Positions 29,014-38,726 of a DNA stretch of 64,000 nt are shown piece by piece. Position 1 is the first letter of the stretch; every line of letters starts with the position of its first letter. Source of the DNA: Candidatus Poribacteria bacterium (GTDB lineage: Bacteria > Poribacteria > WGA-4E > PCPOR2b); the NCBI GenBank assembly GCA_965208675.1, contig OZ242351.1:288001-352000 (forward strand), in the 5' to 3' direction. The translations under genes and the position numbers were made by a program. The notes below the pieces were generated by a model, which was not told the origin of the DNA, searched no databases, and was given only the letters and a program-made list of their open reading frames with translations.

Positions 29014-29646
29014 TTAAATCTCTAGACGAATCAAGGGTTTGACAGTCGGACGTGAATAGGTACGGTTCGAGACAGCGTCAGCGAAGAACGGCGCAAAAAA
29101 GGTATCATGACAGGTTAGAAATTCATTTAAGTTAATTCCCATATACATGGTTGGGTTGCCAAGGTTCGTCCGCACGCGGCGAACCTTATCGCGGCCGGCT
29201 GTTGAAAGGCTTCGCAACGGTCGGAGTTGACGCGAATGGTACTTGATGAGCGACGCGGAAATTTGAATCAACCCCTGCAAAAACAGCCGGTATTCATCTT
29301 CGGCTATCTGCCACAGTCCCTCCCACGCCTCGTGCGCTTCCCACCAGTAGGCAAAGTTGTAGAGGTCTACGCCGTAGAGGTAATCCTCATTTTCTCGCCA
29401 CGCCTCTGCTGGCGGGATATATTCGTCGGTTTCTTCGTTCAATCCGTAACTATGACCATGAACGTCGTTGATTGGGTGAGGCGTGGCGCCCGGCACATGC
29501 CGATACGACGGAAAGGGGCGTTGCGGACAGTAACGTATCCAATCAGGATTAAACGGCACAGGTTGCGGGATGCTCGAATCTCTTTCCTCGGTACGTCGAA
29601 TAACGCGCTTTCGGCGTCTGAGAAATCCTAATCCCGTGATTTTCAT
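29014..29646 (-). CDS. DUF309 domain protein
   Basis: GVDLYNFAYWWEAHEAWEGLW...LQGLIQ signature. Confidence 0.85.
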   Translation of the reverse strand: MKITGLGFLRRRKRVIRRTEERDSSIPQPVPFNPDWIRYCPQRPFPSYRHVPGATPHPINDVHGHSYGLNEETDEYIPPAEAWRENEDYLYGVDLYNFAYWWEAHEAWEGLWQIAEDEYRLFLQGLIQISASLIKYHSRQLRPLRSLSTAGRDKVRRVRTNLGNPTMYMGINLNEFLTCHDTFFAPFFADAVSNRTYSRPTVKPLIRLEI

Positions 29647-29723
29647 GAAGCTAACAACCTCAAGATTTGGCCGGGGAGTGATGGCTTGGTGATGGTAGAT
29701 GGCGGGTTTGGCTCGGATAGTTC

Positions 29724-29990
29724 CTATGCAGTATTATCGCGTTTTTTATCTAGATCAAAGCCGTCCTTTATCCAATACACAAACGTGCATACACCTTTTG
29801 GTAAGAAGTACAATGTGGCGCCGCCAATTAAGGTGAAAAACAGGCAAATTGATGCGTCACTACGACTGTGATGAATAAGACTGTAGACCATGCATAAACA
29901 CCCGATAGCCACCCATACGCCACTTAATCCGGCCGAACAAGCGACAACAATTCTTCTAACGCCCTCGGATCGAGGCTGCCGTTTTTACAA
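29724..29990 (-). pseudogene. Small two-TM membrane protein, possibly with a nonsense codon at position 2
   Basis: GGAGG-N5-TTG(29990)-TAA, then open in-frame KRQPRSEGVRRIVVACS...VYWIKDGF to TAG; it could instead start at GTG 29912. Confidence 0.4.
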
Positions 29991-30125
29991 CTTATCCTCC
30001 TCACGATGCATTGAATTCTACGCTAGCAAGACTGCGATATGTCACTTTAAAGGCAACGTCAACCGCAATAACACGTAATTTAACAATTTTCCGACATTTA
30101 TTTGGATTTTTCAAACAAGGTCTAA

Positions 30126-30359
30126 TCAAGCGGTTTGAACTTTGGCAAGCGAAGGTATCTTTGCGTGTACAGTTTCCAAAGTTGAATCTCGAATGAAGGT
30201 ACTAGCATTTAGAATTTCGATACCGATTAGTTCTCCGGCGTCATTTAATTCTACCGTAATATTTGGATTCAGTTCAACACTTCCACTTTCTGGTTCATCA
30301 GAAATCTCCAAATGCAATATGTCTTCTCGCTCAAAATATGCCATCTTTGTCTTATTCAA
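30126..30359 (-). CDS. DUF2283 domain small protein
   Basis: YFEREDILHLEIS...SVEL...GELIGIEILNAS; GAGG RBS before TTG 30359. Confidence 0.8.
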   Translation of the reverse strand: MNKTKMAYFEREDILHLEISDEPESGSVELNPNITVELNDAGELIGIEILNASTFIRDSTLETVHAKIPSLAKVQTA

Positions 30360-30542
30360 GTGTATACCTCTGATTTGCAGCGATTCACAAACTCTTAACT
30401 TATTGAGATTTGCTTCAAATAGAAACGGGTTTAAGATTAACCGCCAAAAGAAACCATATCTCTTGGTAAAACTGCAAAACGGTATATTCTGCCTTAGCCG
30501 TAGGTTAAGGAAAGTACATTGACTATTGCTCTTCAACCGATG

Positions 30543-32006
30543 CTATAGATGAAGCAAAACTTTATGGATTTCAACCATAGCAAGTGTGTCCATCCTGCAA
30601 TATTCCTTCAAGTGATAAATCATATTGCCTTTTTCTACGTCCCCCGTAGTGTTAATCATCAAATCCCAGACAGCCTGGGCGTCATCGCCGTCTTGAACAT
30701 CCAAATTCTGGTAGGAAAGAGAAGGTACTAAAATAGGAAGTACGTTCTTTAGAGAATTTGAACCACCAAAACCGGGGTGTTTATAGTGATTGTTAAAAAT
30801 CAATAGCTGGTCCCATAGTCTGGAAACAACTGACTGAAGTGCTCCAGAGTATTCAGGGAAATATTGAGCCAATTCCTCAAATCTCTCGCGTTCAAAAGAA
30901 GCAGAATAGACTACCACCGAACCGACATCGAAGATATGATTAAGCATAGATTCCACTAAAGGCAAACGTGGATCCGTGGTATCGGTGTGCAAGTATTCGT
31001 GATGTGTAATCGAGCCATCTGATTGCAAAATTTGGCAACTGTATTGAAATGGAAAGTGATCATACGGACTTAAACCCTCAATCCTCGGAACCGCAGGGTT
31101 GAGTGTTTCAAAATCAAAGAAATGAATAGGATATTCTAATTCTGATAATTCGTTTCTGATTGCCTCAACATCAATCTCTGGCTGATTATTCAGAACCATA
31201 TCAACGTAAGCGCGCTGATTTTGAGTCAATGCAAAATCGGCAGGGAGATCTTCAAGACTAAAGACTCCGCTTTCTATCAACTGGTTTTTTTTATCCCAAC
31301 TAAGTCGCGGAATGGTGAAAATTGAGGGTTCAGGAACGAACTCCCAACAATGGTCCTTAAACGGGCAAGTGTAGGGCTCGTCACATTGCTTTCCTGTCGA
31401 GACGACCGGTTCAACGTCTCCCTCAAGTATTGTTTTGAATGTTTCTAAATCGCCGGAGACATTATCAATCAATGGGTCAACTCGACCGGTTACATCCTCA
31501 AAAACAAACAAATTAGAGAGGTCCGGATAAACACATTCTCGATTTATATGCATCAACTGTGTTCTAGAGATGGACACGCCGATTTCACTCAAGACGTACT
31601 TTAGGGCAGCTAGTTCATGCAAATGCTCTTCTTTGACATTTTTTGACGCGGTGACTTTAATGATTTTCCACGACTTTGAGTCTTTCTGAAGAACATCACA
31701 TCGTGCCGAAATACCATCAAAACTAAAGATAGGTTCAAAGATGTACGGTACGCCGCGTCGCATGGCATCTTGGGTTTGCTCTGAAGATTCCTCATGATCC
31801 AAGGAATCAATCAACATGCCCCCCGGAAAATTATCTCGAGCAAGAACTCTGACCTCTGTGCTTTGATCGATAATTCGCTGTTGCGATCTGGATACTGTAG
31901 ATGCTCTCTGTGGATGGCTCTTTTCACACCAAAGGCGTTCATACCAGAGGCGTTTGTGACATTGCACCCCGCTCATAAATTTGGAATTCTCAACGAACAT
32001 TTCCAT
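30543..32006 (-). CDS. DUF2779 domain protein (RecB-like nuclease N-terminus plus RNase H-like domain)
   Basis: SKFMSGVQCHKRLW; QCDEPYTCPFKDHCW; YPIHFFDFET; PFQYS; SLKNVLP; YCRMDT. Confidence 0.85.
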   Translation of the reverse strand: MEMFVENSKFMSGVQCHKRLWYERLWCEKSHPQRASTVSRSQQRIIDQSTEVRVLARDNFPGGMLIDSLDHEESSEQTQDAMRRGVPYIFEPIFSFDGISARCDVLQKDSKSWKIIKVTASKNVKEEHLHELAALKYVLSEIGVSISRTQLMHINRECVYPDLSNLFVFEDVTGRVDPLIDNVSGDLETFKTILEGDVEPVVSTGKQCDEPYTCPFKDHCWEFVPEPSIFTIPRLSWDKKNQLIESGVFSLEDLPADFALTQNQRAYVDMVLNNQPEIDVEAIRNELSELEYPIHFFDFETLNPAVPRIEGLSPYDHFPFQYSCQILQSDGSITHHEYLHTDTTDPRLPLVESMLNHIFDVGSVVVYSASFERERFEELAQYFPEYSGALQSVVSRLWDQLLIFNNHYKHPGFGGSNSLKNVLPILVPSLSYQNLDVQDGDDAQAVWDLMINTTGDVEKGNMIYHLKEYCRMDTLAMVEIHKVLLHL

Positions 32007-32316
32007 CTCAATACTTACCCTTGAATATCAATTCAGTCGCCACAGTCCAAAAATCTACCCGTTGCCAGAAAGTGCCCTTATTTGTTCCCATCGCTCTAAA
32101 TTTTTTGGATGTTGTTGGTATGCCTCAAGCGATCCATATTTTTTAATCATCTCCTGTTTCCACGTGCGCTTCGTCTATGTCCGACACGCTGTTTATTCCT
32201 ACCTATCGCCTGTGTTGCTATTGAAGGCTGCGTACTAATTCTCACTGCTCCACTTTGAATCGTTCCGTATCCTTATAAAGTTGCACTGTTCTTATCAAGC
32301 GTCACACACCCGCCCC

Positions 32317-32362
32317 AAAAAAATAAAGCGTGACAAACCCCGCTTCCGTTCATCACGCTTTA
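32317..32362 (-). terminator. Intrinsic terminator of the sulfite reductase gene
   Basis: TAAAGCGTGA (32324-32333) / TCACGCTTTA (32353-32362) inverted repeat followed by a T-run on the minus strand. Confidence 0.55.
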
Positions 32363-32389
32363 ATTTGACGACGCTATACGCTTGATGAT

Positions 32390-34828
32390 TTATTCGCCTT
32401 TTCGAATCATGAGGCGATAGTGACTACCAATCTTCTTGGTGTCGGTAATCTCATGCCCGTCATTCGTCAGGCTCTTGGGGACGTTTTCAATCGGTTCACC
32501 GTCGTCAATCGTGATTTCGAGGAGTTGACCGGCATCCATCGTCTCCAACCGGATTTTGGCTTGCACGTAGTTGAACGGACACGCAACGCCTTTGAGATCG
32601 AGGCTATCGACGATTTCCTCGACCGGCTCAGCCTTGGGCTCTGCTTTCGGGATCCGGGCTGGACGGGCTTCCCGTTTCTTGCTCCCGGCTTCTTCCTCTT
32701 GACGAATCCGCATCCGTCCGTAGACGTTGTGTGCCTCCTCAACGAAGAGGGTCGCCTCTTCGACGCGCCGGTGGGTCAGCTCCCTATCAAACGCGCTGGT
32801 ATCTTCCTCTACCGCCTTAAACAGGTGCGCTCCGAATCCCGGGAAGACGATTCCCGGCTCAAAAAACCGAACTCGGAATTCCTTGACCGTTGTCTCATCG
32901 TCAATGTGCTGCAGCCCTTCTGTCGTTAGCAACGCGTCCGCAGCCTTTATCATAGCCTCAAAGGCGTGTTGGGCGGAATCGACATATTGATCTCGTTCGA
33001 GATCCACGCCCGCCTCATAAATCAGCCGGTCGGCTTCCTCAAGTATAAACGAGACCAACTCGACCAATTGTCCCGCGCACTCGCCAACAGCTTTCTTGAG
33101 TTGAAACTCCTTTGTGTCGCCGGTGTCGATGTAATAGCTGGGGTCTTCTTCAAATGTGGGGATTTGGTCGTATTGGCGGAGTATCGACTTAACTTCGGCT
33201 TTGCCCAGTTTTTCGATATAGTCCGTGAACGATTCCTCGTCGGTGCGTTCATCAATGTACTTGCCGGTCAAGTGCTCGATAAATTGCGGTATGTTCTTAC
33301 CGTGGATTTTTCCAGCGGCAAGTCCATAAGCGCCTGCGTTATCAGTGGCATGGCCGCCCAACATCACCTGATAGTACGGGGCGATATGTTCACCCATTCG
33401 TCGAGAGGAGCCGAAGAACCCAATGTTCGCAATGTGGTGCTGGCCGCACGAGTTGGGGCAGCCGCTAATCTTGATTCGCAAGTCTTGAATCTCGTCTTTA
33501 ACACCGGTGTCGAGAAGATAATTCCTCAGGTGCGCAGCCAACCCGCGCGAAGACGAAATTCCCAGTTTGCATGAATCCGTGCCCGGGCAGGCCGTAATGT
33601 CAACCAAAGTCTCCGCACCCGAAGCCGCTAATCCTATCGCATCAAGATCACGGTATAGTGCGGGCAAATCGCTCAAACTGACCCATCGCAGCACAAGATT
33701 CTGCTCGACCGTGGTACGAATCGTGTCCTTGACGTACTGGCGGGAGATTTCCGCCAACGCCCGCGCCTGGTCAGCCGTAATGTCTCCGAGCGGCAACGTG
33801 ATGTTGACCACCGTATAACCCGGTTGGCGCTGGGTACGCACATTGGAGGCGTGCCACTGATCGAATCCTTCAGGTTTTGACGCGCCGTTAAGTTGGGACG
33901 GCGGTTTCAACGGCGTTTCATCATACGCATCCAGATTGTCGAGATGTGCAGTCCACGCGGGGTCATGCCGCAACTGTTCGCGCTCCTCCAATACAAGGCG
34001 GCGAAACTCTTCTACGCCGAGTTTTGCCACGACGAACTTCATCCGCGCCTTGTTCCGATTTTTTCGCTCGCCCAACCGCGTGAACACCTTCGAAATCGCC
34101 TGCGAAATCGGCAATAACTCCTCTTCAGGTACAAACTCGTCAAAGACTTTTGCCTGATGCGGCACTGCGCCAAGCCCGCCGCCAACAAGCAATTTAAACC
34201 CGCGCTTCAGCTTTCCGTCAACCTCTTTTAACACCGCAACCGCGCCGATATCGTGCATGTAACCCAAGCCGCAAGCGTGTTCATGGCATCCGGAAAATGC
34301 AATCTTGAACTTTCGTCCAAAGTCCTGCGCATCTTGATGTCCCAACAAAAATGCTGAGAGTGCCATTGAATGCGGTGTGACATCAAACGGCTCGTCGTTG
34401 CAGACGCCGGCAAGCGGGCAAGCCGTAACATTGCGGACGACATTGCCGCACGCCTCCTTGGTTGTAATGCCGACGGATGCCAGCCGGCGCATTAACTCAG
34501 GCGTGTTGTTTATATCGACATAGTGGTACTGCACATCCTGCCGCGTCGTGATGTGGATGATGTTGTCCGAGAATTCTTCGGCAATATCGGCAAGCATTTC
34601 CAATTGCAGGGCGTCTAATCCGCCGAAAGGAATCTTCACGCGAATCATTTGAGAGCCGTCGTCGCGCTGTCCATAGACGCCGTGGCGCAGTCTGAATTCA
34701 AGGAAAATCTCTTCCGGCATTTGCCCCGCCTGTACACGGCCTAGTTGCATCTCATAAATTTCAATCGCGCGGCCGTCATCTGGGGAAATTGTACCGGGGT
34801 CATATGGGGCTAAACTATCTGTGGTCAT
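32390..34828 (-). CDS. Siroheme nitrite/sulfite reductase fused to HEPN-like and TusA (SirA-like) domains
   Basis: RLRHGVYGQR; HITTRQDVQ; RKFKIAFSGC; ACPGTDSCKLG and SGCPNSCGQH siroheme/4Fe-4S Cys; C-terminal LDLKGVACPFNYVQAK...DDGEPIENVP. Confidence 0.88.
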   Translation of the reverse strand: MTTDSLAPYDPGTISPDDGRAIEIYEMQLGRVQAGQMPEEIFLEFRLRHGVYGQRDDGSQMIRVKIPFGGLDALQLEMLADIAEEFSDNIIHITTRQDVQYHYVDINNTPELMRRLASVGITTKEACGNVVRNVTACPLAGVCNDEPFDVTPHSMALSAFLLGHQDAQDFGRKFKIAFSGCHEHACGLGYMHDIGAVAVLKEVDGKLKRGFKLLVGGGLGAVPHQAKVFDEFVPEEELLPISQAISKVFTRLGERKNRNKARMKFVVAKLGVEEFRRLVLEEREQLRHDPAWTAHLDNLDAYDETPLKPPSQLNGASKPEGFDQWHASNVRTQRQPGYTVVNITLPLGDITADQARALAEISRQYVKDTIRTTVEQNLVLRWVSLSDLPALYRDLDAIGLAASGAETLVDITACPGTDSCKLGISSSRGLAAHLRNYLLDTGVKDEIQDLRIKISGCPNSCGQHHIANIGFFGSSRRMGEHIAPYYQVMLGGHATDNAGAYGLAAGKIHGKNIPQFIEHLTGKYIDERTDEESFTDYIEKLGKAEVKSILRQYDQIPTFEEDPSYYIDTGDTKEFQLKKAVGECAGQLVELVSFILEEADRLIYEAGVDLERDQYVDSAQHAFEAMIKAADALLTTEGLQHIDDETTVKEFRVRFFEPGIVFPGFGAHLFKAVEEDTSAFDRELTHRRVEEATLFVEEAHNVYGRMRIRQEEEAGSKKREARPARIPKAEPKAEPVEEIVDSLDLKGVACPFNYVQAKIRLETMDAGQLLEITIDDGEPIENVPKSLTNDGHEITDTKKIGSHYRLMIRKGE

Positions 34829-34933
34829 TATTTCTCTCCTTTGCACTATTCAACTTATGAAGACTCCAATGCCTTACGAATTTCATGTTTAGAATGGGGG
34901 AGATTGCACGCTGCATAGATCTATCAGACTATA

Positions 34934-34962
34934 ACTATAACGCGAATGCCCGGAGAAGTCAA
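34934..34962 (-). promoter_or_regulatory. Putative sigma70 promoter of the sulfite reductase gene
   Basis: TTGACT-N17-TATAGT on the minus strand. Confidence 0.55.
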
Positions 34963-35024
34963 GTCAAATTGTCTGTATATGGCATTTTGCGCGTGCCCGC
35001 CGGTGTTGTTCCAACGAAAATGGC

Positions 35025-35053
35025 TTGACGGAAAATTTCCTGCGCATTAAACT
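35025..35053 (+). promoter_or_regulatory. Putative sigma70 promoter (divergent)
   Basis: TTGACG-N17-TAAACT. Confidence 0.45.
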
Positions 35054-35184
35054 GTTATTATAGTCACGCCATTATTGCCCCAAACAGTGATTCGCGCACA
35101 TTCGAGCTCAGCAGAATCCCATTTGAATTATTCCCATTCTTGCAAATTCGTTTTTACCAACCATACCAACGCCTAGGTGCATTT

Positions 35185-35460
35185 ATGGAACCCTTAACGC
35201 TTAAACTGTACACAAAACCTGATTGCCCGCTCTGCGATGATGCCAAAGACGCACTCAATGCGGTCGCAGCGGACTCACAAATTCAGATCGAGGAAATTGA
35301 CATCACGTCTAATCTAGGATTGTTCACGAAATACAAAAACCTGATACCTGTCTTGGAGTTGGACGGCAAACGCATGTTAGAACATCGCATTGATGTGCGG
35401 GTACTCAAGCGAAAGTTGAAGTGGAGGCGATTGTATCGGAAGTTGGTAGAATCACTTTGA
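35185..35460 (+). CDS. Glutaredoxin-like (DUF836) protein
   Basis: LYTKPDCPLCDDA; EEIDI; IPVLELDG. Confidence 0.85.
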   Translation: MEPLTLKLYTKPDCPLCDDAKDALNAVAADSQIQIEEIDITSNLGLFTKYKNLIPVLELDGKRMLEHRIDVRVLKRKLKWRRLYRKLVESL

Positions 35461-35507
35461 ACGTTGAGCACAATTGCAGTATCCATGATTGAGGTGCAAC
35501 GTTTGAG

Positions 35508-35536
35508 TTGACTATCATGCCGGATTATGCTACATT
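35508..35536 (+). promoter_or_regulatory. Putative sigma70 promoter of the aldo/keto reductase
   Basis: TTGACT-N17-TACATT with extended -10 TG. Confidence 0.45.
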
Positions 35537-35632
35537 GAGAGTTGGAATCTAGAAGTCAGAACATCCGAGACGTGGACTGCGGATTATGATATATCGTGAC
35601 GGCGAATAATAAACACAACGGGAGGTCAAACT

Positions 35633-36655
35633 ATGGAATATCGTCCATTTGGGCGGACAGGGCTCCAAGTTTCTGCGATTGGATTCGGTTGCTGGGAGAT
35701 GGGGGGAGATTACGGTTCAATTGATGAAACAGAGGCGGCGAATGCTGTGCATCGTGCCATTGATTTGGGCATAAACTGTTTTGATACGGCTGAAGCCTAT
35801 GGTATGGGTAAATCAGAGGAGGCGTTGGCTAAAGCGTTGGGGCATCGGCGGAAAGATGTTATCATCGTAACGAAGTTCGGCGTCGGCTACGAGAACGACC
35901 GTCAGAAAGGGAAAGACAGCAGCCGAAAAATGGTGCATGCCGCCATTGATCGCAGCTTGAAAGCGCTAAACACCGACTATGTGGATGTCTATTTAGTCCA
36001 CTGGCCCGATCGCTCGACTCCTTTTGAAGAAACGATGGGTGCGTTTGATGAGATTGTACAGCAAGGTAAAGTCCGTTACGTTGGGCTGTCGAATTTCACC
36101 CTCGATGAAATCAAGGCGTGCATGGCAATACGGCCAATTCATGTTTTGCAGTACGGCTGCAATCTGTTTGATAGGCGTATGGCGAAATGGATCTTCCCTT
36201 ACGCTCAAAAACAACAGATTGGCGTAATGTCGTACGGATCGCTTGCCTATGGATTGCTATCCGGCACCTTCACGAAGGAGACAACCTTTGGCGACAAGGA
36301 TTGGCGTAGCAGGGACGAATGGCTGCACTTGTTGAGGTTCTTTACACCGGAGGTTTTCGAAAGTAACGTCGAGGTCGCCATTGCGATTTCTGACATTGCC
36401 GAACGGTTAGGAAAAAAACTTCCGCAATTTGCTCTCAATTGGGTTTTGTCGCATCAGGCGGTTAGCACCGCGCTTGTTGGCGCAAGGCGGCCCCTCGAAG
36501 TTGAGGAAAACATGGGTGCTATCGGCTGGAGTTTGTCTGATGAAGTGATTGCCGAAATTGATAAAATCTTTGCTGATAACGATGTAGATCCCGCCCCGAA
36601 TACGTGGGTGGAAGAGATTGAAACGCATGACACGGATACCTCCAACGCCAACTAA
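35633..36655 (+). CDS. Aldo/keto reductase
   Basis: IGFGCW; FDTAEAYG; TKFG; DVYLVHWPD; GKVRYVGLSN. Confidence 0.92.
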   Translation: MEYRPFGRTGLQVSAIGFGCWEMGGDYGSIDETEAANAVHRAIDLGINCFDTAEAYGMGKSEEALAKALGHRRKDVIIVTKFGVGYENDRQKGKDSSRKMVHAAIDRSLKALNTDYVDVYLVHWPDRSTPFEETMGAFDEIVQQGKVRYVGLSNFTLDEIKACMAIRPIHVLQYGCNLFDRRMAKWIFPYAQKQQIGVMSYGSLAYGLLSGTFTKETTFGDKDWRSRDEWLHLLRFFTPEVFESNVEVAIAISDIAERLGKKLPQFALNWVLSHQAVSTALVGARRPLEVEENMGAIGWSLSDEVIAEIDKIFADNDVDPAPNTWVEEIETHDTDTSNAN

Positions 36656-38586
36656 CCGTCGTGCCACCCCATGTTATATGTCGCAACTCTGAACACGGCG
36701 CTGATAATGCTCCAGATGCAGCCCATTGAGTAGTCCCCTAGAATCAATCCAGCAAAGAACGGGATGGCTCTCCGATATGCTTTCAACCCGCCGTACCGAA
36801 GGATGGAAAACTTCAGTGCCCAACTGATAAGGACTGGCACCCAAATATAGACCATCTCGCCCGGACTCATCCCTAGTACATAACCGACGGGGTGGAGCGG
36901 CCACCAGAGAAAACGCATCTTTAAAGCTAATAAAAGCGCGGTGATTCCCGTGCCTAGTCCCATGAATCCCATTGTCACGTAATCGTGTCCCCGTGGGAAA
37001 CTTAACCACAGTTGGAGGCGTTGGGTAAAGGTCTCGTATCCTACTCTCAAAATAAATGAACGCGAATTTGCTGCGCCGTGTTCATACAAGAGATGAAGGT
37101 ATATCAAAAAAGTCAAAGGTATGCCGACAGCAAGCGTGATGAGCATCGCCCGCAGTAGTTTGCGGTTATTGATGCTTGCCTGCTCGCCAATCCGAAATGA
37201 TTCTAGTTGGTTCGGCATGGGATGGTGGGGTTGATCCCGACTTAACCAATAGAAGAAGGAGAGTACGGTCAAGTTGCGAGGTCCATACGTGCGTGTGCCG
37301 AGCGACGTCACCATCGTCCGCGCCGGATTTAGGAATAGTATCTCATGCACAGCGACGCCAAGTCCAGCTCTGACTTTAGTTACTCCAATGGCGCTGCAAC
37401 AGTATATGCCAAAGAACAATAGCAAGACCCAAAAGGAAAGCCCAGCTTTGTAGGCGAACCAGAGGAGGAACAGCAGACCGCCGACAATCCCCAACAGCGC
37501 AGTCCGGTACCGCATGGGCTCGCTGATTTCATTCATTTCGCCCCTGCCCGCGAAGACGTGTGTGAAGACCCGTTTGATATGTTTGCGTCCAACCCATAAT
37601 GCAAGAAGCCCCAGTCCAATCCACGCCCCCTGTGCCTGTTCATCAAAATAGAGGGTGCGCCACCCCATGACACCCAGAAACATCCGCATCATTTTCTGTA
37701 ATAGGAAAAAGAACCACGCGGAAAATGCGAGATCTAGAGGCATAAAAAAGGAGAGTCCAATCACAAATGGCTGGAAAGAGATGAGCGTCCGGCCGGTATA
37801 AACCCACGGCTTCTCCCGCGGCGTAATGTTCTGCCACCCCACCGGTATAGCAGGAATGGCAGGATATAAGGCGTGCAAACCGTTCAGCAAACTGATTCCA
37901 GCCGCGACACCAAAACCGGCCCACATTAGCTTTTTTCTGAAGAATGACGATGGGTCTCTTCCCATTTCCAGAGGCATCCAAGTAATCGGATAAGTAAGTC
38001 TCTCGTGTTCCGTGAATTGCCGTCGGATTAGGGTGTTAATACAGATAAGAACAAAATAGATGACGAACGTGAAGGCGGACCAATAGAACATTGGACCAAT
38101 CCAAGCCTTAAAGCGATGTCGCGTGAAAACGGAGGACTCGCCGAGAAAAAAGCCGCTTAGTACGCTCTTGTCGTTCGTCGTGAACCATGGCGGGATATAC
38201 TGCCAGAACAAGTTTCGCCAGTCATTTTCCGCAGTGTCGAACCAGAACGGGTGGGCGAGCGTCCCCACCAATTTGTTCATCGTGGTGTGCCCCGACACCG
38301 TTGTTACCATTACAGCCATCACGTAGATGACTAAAAGGTTTGATGGACTGAGCGCATGCCTAGGAAGGAATTTCCGTAGTAGGAGGTTAAGTAAAATCAG
38401 AACAAACAGCGTGAATACGGCGTTACTGAAGAGCGACATGTAGTTGTGCACCAGACCGATGATGAGGTTGTTTACCGAAACCCAATAGGTGTTTACGATA
38501 ACCACAACAAGTCCGATGACTACAACTTTCAGAGGAATGTCAGTAGACTGTTTGTCTTCAATAGGTGGGAATTTTTCCACAGGCAC
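36652..38586 (-). CDS. Polytopic membrane protein, DUF6785/DUF6784-like (putative peptide-transporter-like)
   Basis: RRQFTEHERLTYPI; WWPLHPVGY; PFFAGLILGD; many TM helices. Confidence 0.65.
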   Translation of the reverse strand: MPVEKFPPIEDKQSTDIPLKVVVIGLVVVIVNTYWVSVNNLIIGLVHNYMSLFSNAVFTLFVLILLNLLLRKFLPRHALSPSNLLVIYVMAVMVTTVSGHTTMNKLVGTLAHPFWFDTAENDWRNLFWQYIPPWFTTNDKSVLSGFFLGESSVFTRHRFKAWIGPMFYWSAFTFVIYFVLICINTLIRRQFTEHERLTYPITWMPLEMGRDPSSFFRKKLMWAGFGVAAGISLLNGLHALYPAIPAIPVGWQNITPREKPWVYTGRTLISFQPFVIGLSFFMPLDLAFSAWFFFLLQKMMRMFLGVMGWRTLYFDEQAQGAWIGLGLLALWVGRKHIKRVFTHVFAGRGEMNEISEPMRYRTALLGIVGGLLFLLWFAYKAGLSFWVLLLFFGIYCCSAIGVTKVRAGLGVAVHEILFLNPARTMVTSLGTRTYGPRNLTVLSFFYWLSRDQPHHPMPNQLESFRIGEQASINNRKLLRAMLITLAVGIPLTFLIYLHLLYEHGAANSRSFILRVGYETFTQRLQLWLSFPRGHDYVTMGFMGLGTGITALLLALKMRFLWWPLHPVGYVLGMSPGEMVYIWVPVLISWALKFSILRYGGLKAYRRAIPFFAGLILGDYSMGCIWSIISAVFRVATYNMGWHDG

Positions 38587-38726
38587 ATTATCAGAATTTT
38601 ACCAAAATTGGTAGGTGATTGGCGGCCAATTCGTAACGCCAAATTCAATACGGTCACGTCAAGCTGAACGGGAATTGAAGCGAAATTAGCTGCAATTTGT
38701 GACAATTCGAAAGGTGGCATTGTCCC

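Noticed and set aside
32420-33574. Long plus-strand ORFs (169 and 202 aa) and similar antisense ORFs elsewhere
   Set aside because: They are shadows of well-supported opposite-strand genes and have no motifs or RBS.
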